Made by a program: the position numbers and the translations under genes | Part shown: piece after piece, positions 12,941 through 25,213 of the stretch | Position numbering within the stretch: the first letter of the stretch is position 1 | How the letters are laid out: every line of letters begins with the position of its first letter | Source: Mobula hypostoma | Lineage: Eukaryota | DNA: 64,000 nucleotides | Direction: 5' to 3' | Assembly: GCF_963921235.1 (NCBI RefSeq) | Contig: NC_086097.1 | Location: 103,294,001-103,358,000, forward strand | The notes under the pieces: generated by a model | The model's input: the letters and a program-made list of their open reading frames with translations, nothing else | What the model was told of the DNA's origin: nothing | The model's database searches: none

Positions 12941-13836
12941 TAGCACAAGAACCTGAAAAGAAAATTTAATTTAATTCTGCAGGAATTAAGCTTGTATGAT
13001 CAATCAAATCTGTTTTCCAATTTCCTATTATCAAATGTTTTTTCCCCTTAAATACATTCACAGTATTCAGTGGCTTCAGTAGTTTTTTGGCAAATTAAGT
13101 GAAATCCAAATTGCAGGATTTTGACCCAAGCCATCAATAATTCATTTCCTCCTACTGAGTTCTTCCAACTGGATGGTGCTCCAAAAGCACTCTGCTTAAC
13201 TCAAATTGTTTAAATCAAAGTAGATTTAAAAGTCAGTTGCCTCAGAACCACCCACAAAGCCTGTACTTTTTAAATTCATATGATACCCAAGGTTTTTGTG
13301 TGTGGAATTATGGACCAGAAATAATTTATTTGCAGTGATGAGAATCTCTCACAAGCAACTTACTAGAGGCATTTACCTGTGTAACATCAGATTTTTTTGA
13401 TAATGTAACACTACCAGTAATCAACTATAAATAAACAAAGCTTTTTTTTTTGTGTTTGAGAGCCAGGTTGGATATCTTTGAAGCTTTTGGTCTCCTCTAC
13501 TACGATAACAAAATGCAAATATAATATTGAAATGAGAGGTTGAATGGTCAAGGAAAATAACGCACAATAACTCATTAAGTGCTGTATTTTGTTGGTAAGA
13601 AATGTCTAGATAACACTAAATGTTTGGTGTCCTTTGAGATACTGTCACACTTGCTATGTAACTCCAGTATTGCTGGTTCTGCTTATTTAGTTACATGTGG
13701 TTTTACGGTTCTATATGCTTTACAAATACTCTGAATTCCTGCATGCAAAATTGCAAGGAATCACTGATGTACATTTTGCAGTTGTACTTTTGGTGGTTGT
13801 AGTTCAACTATTTTTGCTTGTTTTCAAAATTTTCAG

Positions 13837-14012
13837 ATATAAATTGATTCAACAGTCACCAGTCTCAGACCCAGCCACACCAATTAAGTGTCAATATGGA
13901 AGATCCTTAAGCGTTTCCTCTGATAGTATTGCCGTATGTGCCGATGTAAACAAAGTTTCTCACAAAAAGCAGTTGGATGTGTTGGCTCAGTTGTACTCGG
14001 CCTGTATCTCTG
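13837..14012 (+). CDS. CDAN1: codanin-1 coding exon 4
   Basis: tttcAG|A; YKLIQQSP...KQLDVLAQLYSACIS; donor G|GTAAGT, phase 1. Confidence 0.93.
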
Positions 14013-15020
14013 GTAAGTGAACAGGTTTTTTACTGATTTGAAGATAAACAGAAGAAAGATGAGGATTTTTTTTACATTGGGAATGATGATTTGGGATGTA
14101 TTAACCAAATGTGAATTAGAAACAAATTCTTTATAACAGCCAAAGGGGATTGATGTACTTATCAAAATGAAAAACGTACAGAGATGTAGGAAAACAGGAT
14201 TTAGTGGCAAATCTCAAAAGTCAGTATGGACCAAATGGTCTCTCTCTGTTGTGAGTACACAAGTAAGTTCAGGTCTTAAGAAAAATTAACTTAAGATAAG
14301 ATAATGAAATGTAATGTGCAGACGTATGTTTGTCTGAATGTAATATATGTGGTGGGAGAATATTCTGATCCTGTCCAATAAAACCTTCAGGTATAAGACT
14401 TTGTCCTAGTATATTTAAAATGCCCTTTAGTTCTCCATGTAGGGAATTACTTATTTTGGATGTTTTCATAAGTTGTTAATGCTGGCTGTACATTTCCTCC
14501 AGTGCCATTGCTATGATCAGAAACTCACCATTTAGGGAATCTTGTGAAAGACCGTTGTGTTACCTTGATGAAATACATCAAATGTCTAAGGAGTTTCAGT
14601 TTGGTATTCTATTTTCTTTTGTCCGCCTTCAGACCAGATTCATTCTTTAACAGAGTTATTGCCAGAATCAGGTTTATTATCACTGATTTAGGTGATGTGA
14701 AATTTGATGTTTTGCAGCAGCAGTAGAGAACAAAGACATAAACATTACAAACTAAATAGTCCAAAACAGAAAGATAACAAGATGATGTTCATGGATTCAC
14801 TAATGGTATAGGGGAAGAAGCTGTCCTAAATCATTGAGTCTGAGTTTTTAGGCTCCTGTACCACCACCTCAATGCTAGTAGCAAGAAGAGGGCATGTCTT
14901 GGATAATGAGGGTCCTTGGTGATGAATACTGCTTTCCTGAGGCATCACCTCTCGAAGTTGTTCTCAATGGTGCGAGGATTATGCCCATGGTGGAGCAGAC
15001 TGAGACTCAACCCTCTACAG

Positions 15021-15104
15021 CAGGGTTTCCCAACCTTTTTTTTTTATCTCATGGAGCTTTACCATTGACCAAGGGGTCCATGGACCCCAGGTTGGGAACC
15101 CCTG
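15021..15104. mobile_element. 84-bp hAT (Charlie-like) MITE
   Basis: TIRs CAGGGTTTCCCAACC / GGTTGGGAACCCCTG with perfect 8-bp TSD CTCTACAG (15013-15020, 15105-15112). Confidence 0.9.
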
Positions 15105-15837
15105 CTCTACAGCCTTTTGCACTTCTGTGCATTGGTGCTTCCATACCAGTCTGTGATGCACTGTGCACATATAGAAGTTTGTAAGATGTTTGGTAACGTA
15201 AATCTTATCAAACACCTCAAAAAGTAGTACTGCTGTTACTGTCTTTTCCTCACATTCCTCAATTCTTTTGCCATTAAATAACATATCAATCTCATTCTTG
15301 AATATATTTAATGACTTGGCCTCCAGTGCCTTCTTTAGTAGAGAATTCTACAGCTTTACTATCCTCTGATGAAAAAATTTCTCATGGTCTTCATTCTAAA
15401 TGGCCTGCTCCAAGTTCTGAGACTGTGACCCCTGCTTCTACTTTCTGTTGGGAATTCTTTCCTTTTATCTTCTCTGTCTGTACTTTTAGAGTTTTGTATG
15501 TTTCTGTGAAATATCACCTTATTCCAATCTCTCCTCATACATCAGTCTTATCATCCTAGGAGTTGTTGAATTCTCTCCATGGCAATAACATTATTACTCA
15601 GGAAAGTATACTAATTCAATCAATAAAGCTGTCAGACAACACCAGCTGGAATCTCATCAAGGCTCTGTAGAGCAGTGGCAAGGCATCTTCACTCCTGTGC
15701 TCAAATCCTTTGCTTTGAAGGCCAACATGGGATTTCAAGGATCGACTTTATTCACCATGTACATTTACATGTATATGGGATTTGCTGTGGTATTTTGGTC
15801 AGGGCATGACATGCAACAAAAAACAATATTCAACAAT

Positions 15838-17158
15838 TTGGATAGCAGTGGCAGGATAGGTCCGAGTCAGCATGGATTTACGAAGGAGAAATCATGCTTG
15901 ACTAATCTTCTGGAATTTTTTGAGAACGTAACTATGAAAATGGACATGGGAAAGCTCGTGGATGTAGTGTACCTGGACTTTCAGAAAGCTTTTGATAAGG
16001 TCCCATATAGGAGGTTAGTGTGCAAAATTAGAGCAAATGGTATTGGGGGTAGGGTACTGACATGGATAGAAAATTGGTTGGCAGACAGGAAACAAAGAGT
16101 GGGGATTAATGGGTCCTTTTCAGAATGACAGGCAGTGACTAGTGGGGTACCACAAGGCTCCGTGCTGGGACCGCAGTTATTTACAATGTACATTAATGAT
16201 TTAGATGAAGGGATTAAAAGTAACATTAGCAAATTTGCAGATGACACAAAGCTGGGTGGCAGTGTGAAATGTGAGGAGGATGTTATGAGAATACAGGGTG
16301 ACTTGGACAGGTTGGGTGAGTGGGCAGATGCATGGCAGATGCAGTTTAATGTGGATAAATGTGAGGTTATCCACTTTGGTGGCAAGAACGGGAAGGCAGA
16401 TTAATATCTGAATGGTGTCAAGTTAGGAAAAGGGGAAGTACAACGAGATCTGGGTGTCCTTGTTCATCAGTCATTGAACGTAAGCATGTAGGTACAGCAG
16501 GCAGTGAAGAAAGCTGATGGCATGCTGGCCTTCATAACAATGGGAATTGAGTATAGGAGCAAAGAGGTCCTTCTGCAGTTGTACAGGGCCCTGGCGAGAC
16601 CACAGCTGGAATATTGTGCACAGTTTTGGTCTCCAAATTTGAGGAAGGACATTCTAGCTATTGAGGGAGTGCAGCGTAGGTTCACGAGGTTAATTCCCAG
16701 GATGGTGGGATTGTCATATGTTGAAAGGTTGGAGCGACTGGGGTTGTATACACTGGAATTTAGAAGGACATGAGGGGATCTGATTGAAACATATAAGATT
16801 ATTAAAGGATTGGACACGCTAGAGGCAGGAAACATATTCCCGATGTTGGGGGAGTCCAGAACCAGAGGCCACAGTTTAAGAATAAGGGGTAGACCAGTTA
16901 GAACGGAGTTGAGGAAAACTTTTTCACACAGAGGGTTGTGGTTCTGTGGAATGCTCTGCCTCAGAAGGCAGTGGAGGCTAATTCTCTGGATTCTTTCAAA
17001 AAAGAGTTAGAGAGAGCTCTTAAAGATAGCGGAGTGAAGGGATATGGGGAGAAGGCAGGAAAAGGGTGCTGATTGTGGATGATCAGCCATGATCACAGTG
17101 AATGGCGGTGCTGGCTTGAAGGGCTGAATAGCCTACTCCTGCACCTATTGCCTATTGT
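15838..17158 (+). mobile_element. 5'-truncated CR1 LINE (RT to 3' end)
   Basis: [48 protein letters not shown]; few stops; (CTATTG)n tail. Confidence 0.92.
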
Positions 17159-18197
17159 CAATTATAAAGAATTTTATAAAAAAAATAACATTAGAGGTTA
17201 AAGGATGGATGTGAAATAAAATGTTTATAAATACGTAAATAAGCTGGCTGGTGGTGTAGTGGCATCAGTGCCGGACTTTGAGGCAAGTGGTCCTGAGTTC
17301 GAACATGGCCAGCTCCTTGCATGCTTTCCATCCATGCTGGATTGAGCATCGAGCTAACGACTCAGCTTCATAAACAATGCTAAAGAAACAGCGAGTTTGA
17401 AGCCCGAGGCATGTAGAGGAACAACAAATGCATAATTACTTGCATGTGTTTACAATATAAACAGCATTATAATCAGTGGTTTAAAGTGTCTACAGTGCAG
17501 TGATGGAGGTAATAGTTAGAGGAGGGTGGGAAGACCAACGGGAGTGGTTGATTAGAATAATTGATAACTTTTAATATACTGTGAAGCTTTTTTTTAATAG
17601 CCCAATAGCACTTTCCAGAAGAGAACTTTTGGAAAATTCAGTTTGCAGTGTGGGTTGTGTTCGCAATAATTTTTCTTACCTTCTTTGTCCTGGACATATA
17701 CAAGGCCTGCAGTGATGGTAGACTCCAGCCAATAATTTTTTTTGCTAATGTGATAATTTGCTGTAGTTTTCAAATATAGTGAGAGGATGCTGCACCAAAC
17801 CAGAGAGGATGCTTTCTATGATGGCAGTGTAGAACTGCACCATTATGTTCTGGGGAAGATGGAATTTTACCAATTTGACGTCCTCTGCCAATCCTGAATG
17901 TTTGCTTTCAGTGATAGACATCCATTGCACCTTCCTTTTTGCTAGTTGATTGTCATTTGGATATATTTTTGTTTTTGGAACCAAAGTGTATGGCATCACC
18001 TTTATCTGCATTTATCCACACCCCTAACTTGTAATTACATTAGAGACTTTTTCATTCTTTTTATAGTTCATAATGTCTTGCTTGTTTTGTCTACTAGAAA
18101 ATGTTGCATTTAGTTCCCTCATCCAGATCATTGCTATACAGTATATGGTGAATCAATATGGACGAAGCTCTGATTCCTGTGACACCCCATAATCGTT

Positions 18198-20287
18198 TGT
18201 AACCCTCAGGCTTGGCCAGCACGTGTTCGTCTAGGGGAAAGCAACTTCTGGCCCCGCCAAACTGAGAGAACTCATTCGTGTGGATGCTGTGTGATGCCCG
18301 GTTACAAATCCGCACTGCAAAATATCAGACTGTACACCATATGCAATTAAATGATTGAACTTTATAAATCTTAATCTGGATAGAGGGTTAGTAAAGAAAA
18401 TAAAAAGTAAAGGGCCCCATTTTAAGGAAAAAGTCTATTGCACATCGTTGGAGCTCACTGTTCTTCCACTTGTTCCCGTTGACCTCCAAGCGTAGCTGGC
18501 CCTCAGACCCTCGCTCCTCAATCCACTCCGTCCGGTGGTCTTCTGACTCTCTCCATTTGCATCCTCTCTCCATCACTGCCTGACGAAAGACCGCGAAAAT
18601 CCCGGCTCCCAGACACACAAGAAAGAATAACATTTCTCCTATTGGATTACATACATTCCAAAGTCCCATCATCTCTAGGTCCCTAAACATTGCTGCTACA
18701 GAGAAACCATTACCTTAAAAGTGGAACATTACATAGAAGCCATTATATTAGCCTTAGCAGTGAAACCTTACAGTGTGTTACACTCTCGCCCCACCAAATT
18801 TAGTCATGTCCTCATGACGTTGAGATAGTTCGCCAACCCTTCCTGCAAAACACAAAGCCCAATCTGGATGTAAAAGGCAGTGACGTAGCTCCCCAACACA
18901 GTAGGGGTCACACTCCGTTCCCCTGGGGCTACGTAGGCCAGCCTATCTGGGGATCTCCTGATTCTCTGAGACCTCTGCACCCCCTCATCTAACCCAATGG
19001 GAGAAGGGCTGGGAGTCTTTTCCTCTGTCAATGGGGAATTAGTGAAAGGCAGCATATTCCACAGAACCCGAGGAACGAGCACAGAGCACTCACAGTTTGG
19101 GGTCTTGGCCAAGTGGTAACTACCCTATTTCCTATAGTTTCTCCCCGGCTTGTCTCACGGGGAACAGGTGCGCCAGGGGCATACCTCTGAGGTCTTTCAG
19201 AGCGTCTACTAAGAGGGCCTCACCCTCAGGCACTCTCGGAAATTAGGGGTCCCAATCACTCTTGCTACCCCACTGGGTTGGACCACCAGTGGCTTTGACT
19301 GGGTGAACCACACAGTGCCTCGTTTAAATTTGGTATTGGGCCCAATGCAGACATGCACTTCCACAAAAGCAGCTCGAAACACTGGGTGCACAGGCAATGT
19401 CCCTGGAAAGCTCTCCCAAGCTTTCTCCTTGCAGGACCCCATAGCCTCCTCAGAAACGATAGAACTCTGTCTTTGAAGTCTCCGCCCCCAGCTACGGGAA
19501 ACTCAACTTGTGACGCAGCCTGCTCGGCTACCTTCTCCTCCTCCTTTACAGTATGGACAGTCCATGGCCCTGCCTCACCTGGGGCACCGATAGACGCTGG
19601 CAGTCCCACTGCTGTTATGTCAGTGCTAGTATGAAGTAAAACAAGGTCTGAGCCCACCATTTTATCAAAACTCCACGCTACAATTTTGACTTTGCCAATA
19701 GCTGTAACCGTACTCAAAAATCGAATTAACAGTTCATCCGGGGTACGAATATCCACCCCACTCAACATGCACGCATTAGTTACCGGTAACTGTACGAAGG
19801 CTCACCACTGCTTCACCCCAGCAGCATCCATACCAGCACAAATTTAAACACACAACCCACTGGTTCAATGCTCAGGGCAATTACACAGCATCCCATGGAA
19901 TCAATCCCGGACGAGCCCCCACAATTGTAACCCTCAGGCTCGGCCAGCACATGTTCGTCTCGGGGGAAACAACTTCTGGCCTTGCCAAACCTAGAAATCT
20001 CGTTTGTGTGGATGCTGTGTGATGTGTTGCCCGGTTACAAATCTGCACTGCAAAATTACAGAAATTATCATATGCAATTAAATGATTGAATTTTATAAAT
20101 CTTAATCTGGATAGAGGGTTAGTAAAGAAAATAAAAAGTAAAAGAGCCCATTTTAAGGAAAATGTCTATTACGTATCATTGGAGTTCACTGTTCGTTCAT
20201 TTGTTCCCTTTGACCTCCAAGCGTAGCCTGCCCTCGGACTCTCGCTCCTCAATTTACTCCGTCCGGTGGTCTTCTGACTCTCTCCAT
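18198..20287 (-). mobile_element. internally deleted Ty3/Gypsy LTR retrotransposon (3' LTR 18198-18782; truncated 5' LTR 19926-20287)
   Basis: Direct repeats starting TGTAACCCTCAGGCT; complete LTR ends GTGTTACA; PBS TGGGGGCTCGTCCGGGAT (tRNA-Pro) at 19904-19921 on minus; purine tract at 18783-18798; PNMA-like gag N-terminus (ORF 19265-19768) and integrase tail RSQRIRRSPDRL (ORF 18804-19112). Confidence 0.88.
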
Positions 20288-21450
20288 GTTTTTAAATAAT
20301 TTTGGAAGATGGCTACAAATATATTCCTTATTTTCAGGGCTGCTTTCTTTAATTCTCTGGAATATAGCTAATCAGGCTTAGGATTTGTCAGTTTTTAGTC
20401 CCATTAATTTCTCTAGCACTATTTCTTCAGTAATGCTGGGCATCCTACAGATGGAGGATTTCCAGCACAGATGGAAAGCTTGCAAGGAGCCGGCCGTGTT
20501 CGAACTCAGGACCACTTGCCTCAAAGTCCAGTACTGATGCCACTACACCACCAGCCAGCTTATTTACGTATTTATACACATTTTATTTCACATCCATCCT
20601 TTAACCTCTAACATTATTTCTGGGCTTTGTTGAGGAAATTTACTGTGAGTGATGTCTTTCAGATCTGAAACTGGTGAGTCATTTTCACAGATGGTATATG
20701 GTACTGTGTAATGAGTATAGGGTTCCACGAGTTTGTTGTAACTGGGAGAGGTAGTGGGGATCAGTTCCCATTATTAAATGCTCCCAATGATGTGTGTCTC
20801 CAATAACCAAGTTTGGCTCCTGGCCTTCACCTGTGGCTTAGCTACTAAGCCTAGTGGAACAATTTCTATTGACAGGAAATAGGCCAATGGCAGATTACTG
20901 GTGCCTTAAAACCAGTTGCTTCAGACAGATGGGTCTCATCAGCTGTGGTTAGCAGCTCATCTAGGAGAAGGAAAACTGATATTAACTCTACGCTGCCGTG
21001 TGGCTACACCCACTCATGGGGAAGGCTTCAGGAGTAAATTCCTGAGGAAAAACCTGGAGCTGTAGTCCGTTGAGTTCAATGCTAACAGCCAACGCTGGTG
21101 CAGAACTGTATCAATCTTTGCTATTCCTTTGGATTCATCGGCTGCATGGAGAAGGGGAGCCTGCTGCATGGGCAACAGCATGCTCTCCATGTCGTACTGC
21201 CCTGGCTTGCATTTCATGGAGACAGCTAGGATGGAAGATCCATCATTGATCCCACTCAACGGAGGGCCCACAATGAGTATAGAATGGCATTTTAAGAATA
21301 GAAGATACTAGTTTTGTGGCTGGGCTTTAAGGTGATTATCAACCAAGTGAGGAGAGGTCCATCATAGTGAATGCCTGATTCCTGTAGAAAAGGCAATAAA
21401 GATGTGAGGCAACCACATGTCCACAACTAATATATCTTTTCTAATTCCAG

Positions 21451-21570
21451 AGAATTTAGTGCCAAACATTTTTTTGGAGCTGTTCTTTATACTGCAACTG
21501 TTGACGTCCAGGGGAACAATATCAACAAATGATTTGGAAGATGGCGGGAGCAATGCTATTGAGAGAAAGT
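21451..21570 (+). CDS. CDAN1: codanin-1 coding exon 5
   Basis: ttccAG|AG; ENLVPNIFLELFFILQLLT; donor T|GTAAGT at 21571, phase 1, matching the next exon. Confidence 0.93.
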
Positions 21571-24454
21571 GTAAGTATCATTTCAGTAGGAGACTGTAAT
21601 AACTATATTCCCAATATGTGTTTCAAGCCAATGCAAATTATGTTTAAGGAAATAGCAGACAGTTTGCTCTCTTGATTAGTTAATCAGTTTAGTTCTCTTG
21701 ATTAATAGATATTGTTGCACTGGAAGAAGTGCAATAGTCAATTTGCACACAAGTAGTTCATACAAACGGCAATGCGGGTACCAAAAAATTATTCTGGTGG
21801 TGTAGTAAGAATCCTAAAATATCGGCCAGAGAGCACAAGGAACAATTGCTGGGATCAAATGTATGATGTGTGGTGGAAGGGTGACCAGGGTGCTAGGTGA
21901 CCGAGGTATTGTCTCTGCCCATCTGAGCCTGTAGTGCTCAAGGCAATGGTCATGTGATGGGTCAAACTGGACAAAGGATCGACCCAGGTAGGGGTGGAGA
22001 GAAGTGACCAGGGTATAAAAGAACGAGCACACCGGTGATGAGATCTCTTGGATTTGGGCTCACCACAGGTTAGGTCGCAACTGACGCTGTGGACTGATTG
22101 GAACGGGGTGCTGCAGTTAAACGGCCTTCTGAGATCAGTACCACTTGTTGTAACTTAGCAATAAAGCATGTCGTTTGCAGCATTGCGTGTGCAAGGCTTG
22201 TGTCTATCAGATCTGCAAACAGTCCTTACCTTTTGGCACAACAATTGGCATCACGAACAGGATCCAGTGAAGTAAACTGCACTTGCAATGTTCAAGAAGA
22301 GTAGAAAAGTCAAGTTGACTCCTGAAGAGTTCTGTGTCCCAGGGTGGACCGACAACTCTGAGGGCTTGGGTAGTTTGGCCAATTTACTGACGGCACATGG
22401 TGCCCCAGTGGACTGGTCAGACAGGCAGAAACCTGCAGGCTAGCCAGAGAGGAGCATTCTGGTTTCTGGCTACAATAAAGGTTTCTGGTAATAAGGGATC
22501 AGCAGGAGGAGCTTAGGAAATTGAGGGAGGAGAATGAGAATTTAAAACAGGTGCACCATGATGGGTGAATCTGTGATATTCACTCAGCAGAGGGCTGAGG
22601 TTTTAGGGGAGAGAAATATGACTATGACCTGTAAGTTAATCAAAGCTAAGCAGGAGGAAGCGGCCTGGCGGTTCCACTGGACCCCAGACCTGGTAAAGGT
22701 GCAGGTCATAGTCTTAAAAGGTGACCGCCCAGGTAGCTGGGAAGGGGACATATGGTATTCTGATGAATCCCGGGGGGGAGCCAGTGAATACGTGTCATTC
22801 CCTTCACCCCTACCATATATGCCCCTCATCCCCAGTGCTGCACGCACTGCCCCCCAGTGTTGACCTGTGAGTCCAGGTGAGACTCATTGCTGTCACCTCT
22901 GAGATAGTGAGCACAGGTGCCAACCCCAGATGTCAGTTTTGCACAGGGAAGTCAGCAGTGAGGAGGATGACCAATGGAGCTACTCCGAACACGAGGCTGC
23001 TTCCCGCCCTGCGGAACACCATAACCATGACTGCCCAGCCCTACACATCTAGGGATCTCTACGATCTAGCAGACTGGCATTGCTGGAAGCCCGGGGAGCC
23101 GCTCGAGGCTTAGCTCCTCCGGTCCTGGGATTGTGGTGTGGATGCAATGTGTTTGATTGACGCTGAGGCAGGCACGCTGGGCACCCTCACCCACTACTAC
23201 AGAGTGGATAATCAAATGCAGAATGGTTGGGGCCAGGGCCACCAGACCTGTTGAGAGGGTATCCGGAGAGCAGTGCAGGAGCATTATGCCTCAATGGCTG
23301 ACTTCCTGTGGACCCTCTGCCAGTGGTTGCTGGTGAGCTCCATTTATGGGACCATCGTGCAGGAGCCCGTCTTGATGACACTTTGCTCAGCGCTGGAAGT
23401 CTCCAACGCTTGATTAAAACAGCGACCCTCTTCTCCCTCCCACCCCCTTTATCTGCACGGTATCCTCCTCCTTCCCCTGCCACTGGCTGTCTGATCAGTG
23501 ATGCCCTAAATTTGTTAGGGGGGCTGGAGGACGTACATCTTCAGGGAGCGCGGGTGGGGGAGGTTGAGCTGAGGAAGAAAGATGTGGGTCACGTGGCAAG
23601 GAAATGTTTTTAGCTTTTCTCTAAGCATGGGTGCCGAAGGAGGAGGTGGACGACATCCTGACTGTCAATGCAGTGCACGCATTATGGAAGGACAAGTGCG
23701 GTAGAGGGAAGGCGGGGGCAGAGGAGTGATCAGACCATTGGCTGGCCACACTGAGCCCCCCTCACTGGAAGGACATTGGGTTGATAGGGTCACGGGGCTT
23801 GAGGGATGGGTTTCACCAGTCTGTAGGAGTGTGGCCAGGTCTCCTGGCAAGTTTATGCGGCAGCCTTGTTCCGACCGGGAGACCTGAGGCAGTATGTACT
23901 GGTGGCAGTTCATTGGGGCAAGGGAAATGTGCAGCAATGGTTAGCGCTAGTTGGTACCGGCTGATGCCACCATTATCCCATGGGAAGCAGGAAAAATTGA
24001 GTCCCAGCAAGTAATGGTAGAGGGCCTGGGTGGTGCGATCACTCTTCCTCGGGAACACCACAGTACAGCTTTCTATTGACAATGGTCCTCATTTTCAGTA
24101 ACTGTTTTGGTGACCCCTCTCCAGAGTGTATCTTGGGGATGAATGTGTTAGGGGGCGATCGTTACATACTAGCAGGGGTCCCTTTACCTTTGGGGTTGGT
24201 AAATCTACATTTATGGTCAGGAGAAGTGTAGCCAGGGCCTGTGCCCATCGCACTATGGGTGTCACTGTTTTGAGGGGTGGTGCCGCCTGTTGCCCCTTCA
24301 CCCCAATGCCATGAGCATTTTAAGTAAAATAGCCCTGGCAGTACATAGATAGCAGCAAGCAGAGGCCACCTACTGTAATAATGAAGGGAAAGGGTCCTTC
24401 ATCGGTAATAGCTTGAGGGCTCACTACACCATTGCAGATCCGCCTGCTCCAGTC

Positions 24455-25089
24455 AATGGTACCTACTGGGTATGCGGACATAAAGCCTATCACTAACTTT
24501 CTGGAATAGGGGCGACCTGTGAGTCTCATGGCCAGTTCCTAAATCATGGAGAGGGTGCTTTTATTTGAAGTATGTAGTACCCCACATGTCGCACCTCATG
24601 GATCTGAAGGAGTACCCCCACCTGATGCGAGCTGAAAGAGCAATCACTGAGGCCGAGAGGTTTTGGTGATAGCCTTCCCTGCCTATGGACTATGAAGTGG
24701 TGACAGCAGCCAGAGAGCTGATTAATATGGCCTCGGCCATAGAAGCTCTTGCAATTAGGGCCTCTACTGTCTTTAGTAAGGTCAACAAAGCCCTCACTGA
24801 GTTCTCAGGAGAATTAGTAGCTGTCCAGACCGTAGCCCTGCAGAACTGGATGGCCATAGACCTCACCCTGGCTGAGAAATGGGGTACATGTGCATTAACT
24901 GGCCAAGAGTGCTGTACCTGTATACCTGACAGCTCTGATAATACTACAAACCTAGCTAGCCACATTCAAAGGACAGTGGAAAAGATTCACAAGGTTGGGG
25001 AACAATATCATGATTATTACACTCCTGGGGTTGATGACCCTTTGGAACAACAGGGCATTGGTGGTCCACTATCATACATTGAGGTCTGA
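24455..25089 (+). pseudogene. retroviral env remnant (SU C-terminus and gamma-type TM ectodomain)
   Basis: NGTYWVCGHKAY at 24455; RAER|AITE furin-like site ~24628; ISD-like ALQNWMAIDLTLAEKWGTC and CX6CC (CALTGQECC) in ORF 24685-25089; stops and frameshifts present. Confidence 0.88.
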
Positions 25090-25129
25090 CAATAGGGGTA
25101 ATAATATTGGCTTTCATGTTGTTTCACTA

Positions 25130-25213
25130 TACATACACACACACACACACACACACATATACATGTATGTATATACACATATGTATACACACATACATAT
25201 ACACATACATACA
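25130..25213. repeat. compound (CA)n/(TACA)n microsatellite inside the ERV
   Basis: Directly visible. Confidence 0.95.

Noticed and set aside
17240..17320. tRNA gene (A-box/B-box like TGGTGTAGTGG, GAGTTCGAAC)
   Set aside because: No complete cloverleaf or acceptor stem; it is a tRNA-derived SINE head.
24685..25089. Exapted syncytin-like env gene
   Set aside because: Stops and frameshifts in SU and fusion peptide, no signal peptide, membrane anchor not in frame, microsatellite immediately after.
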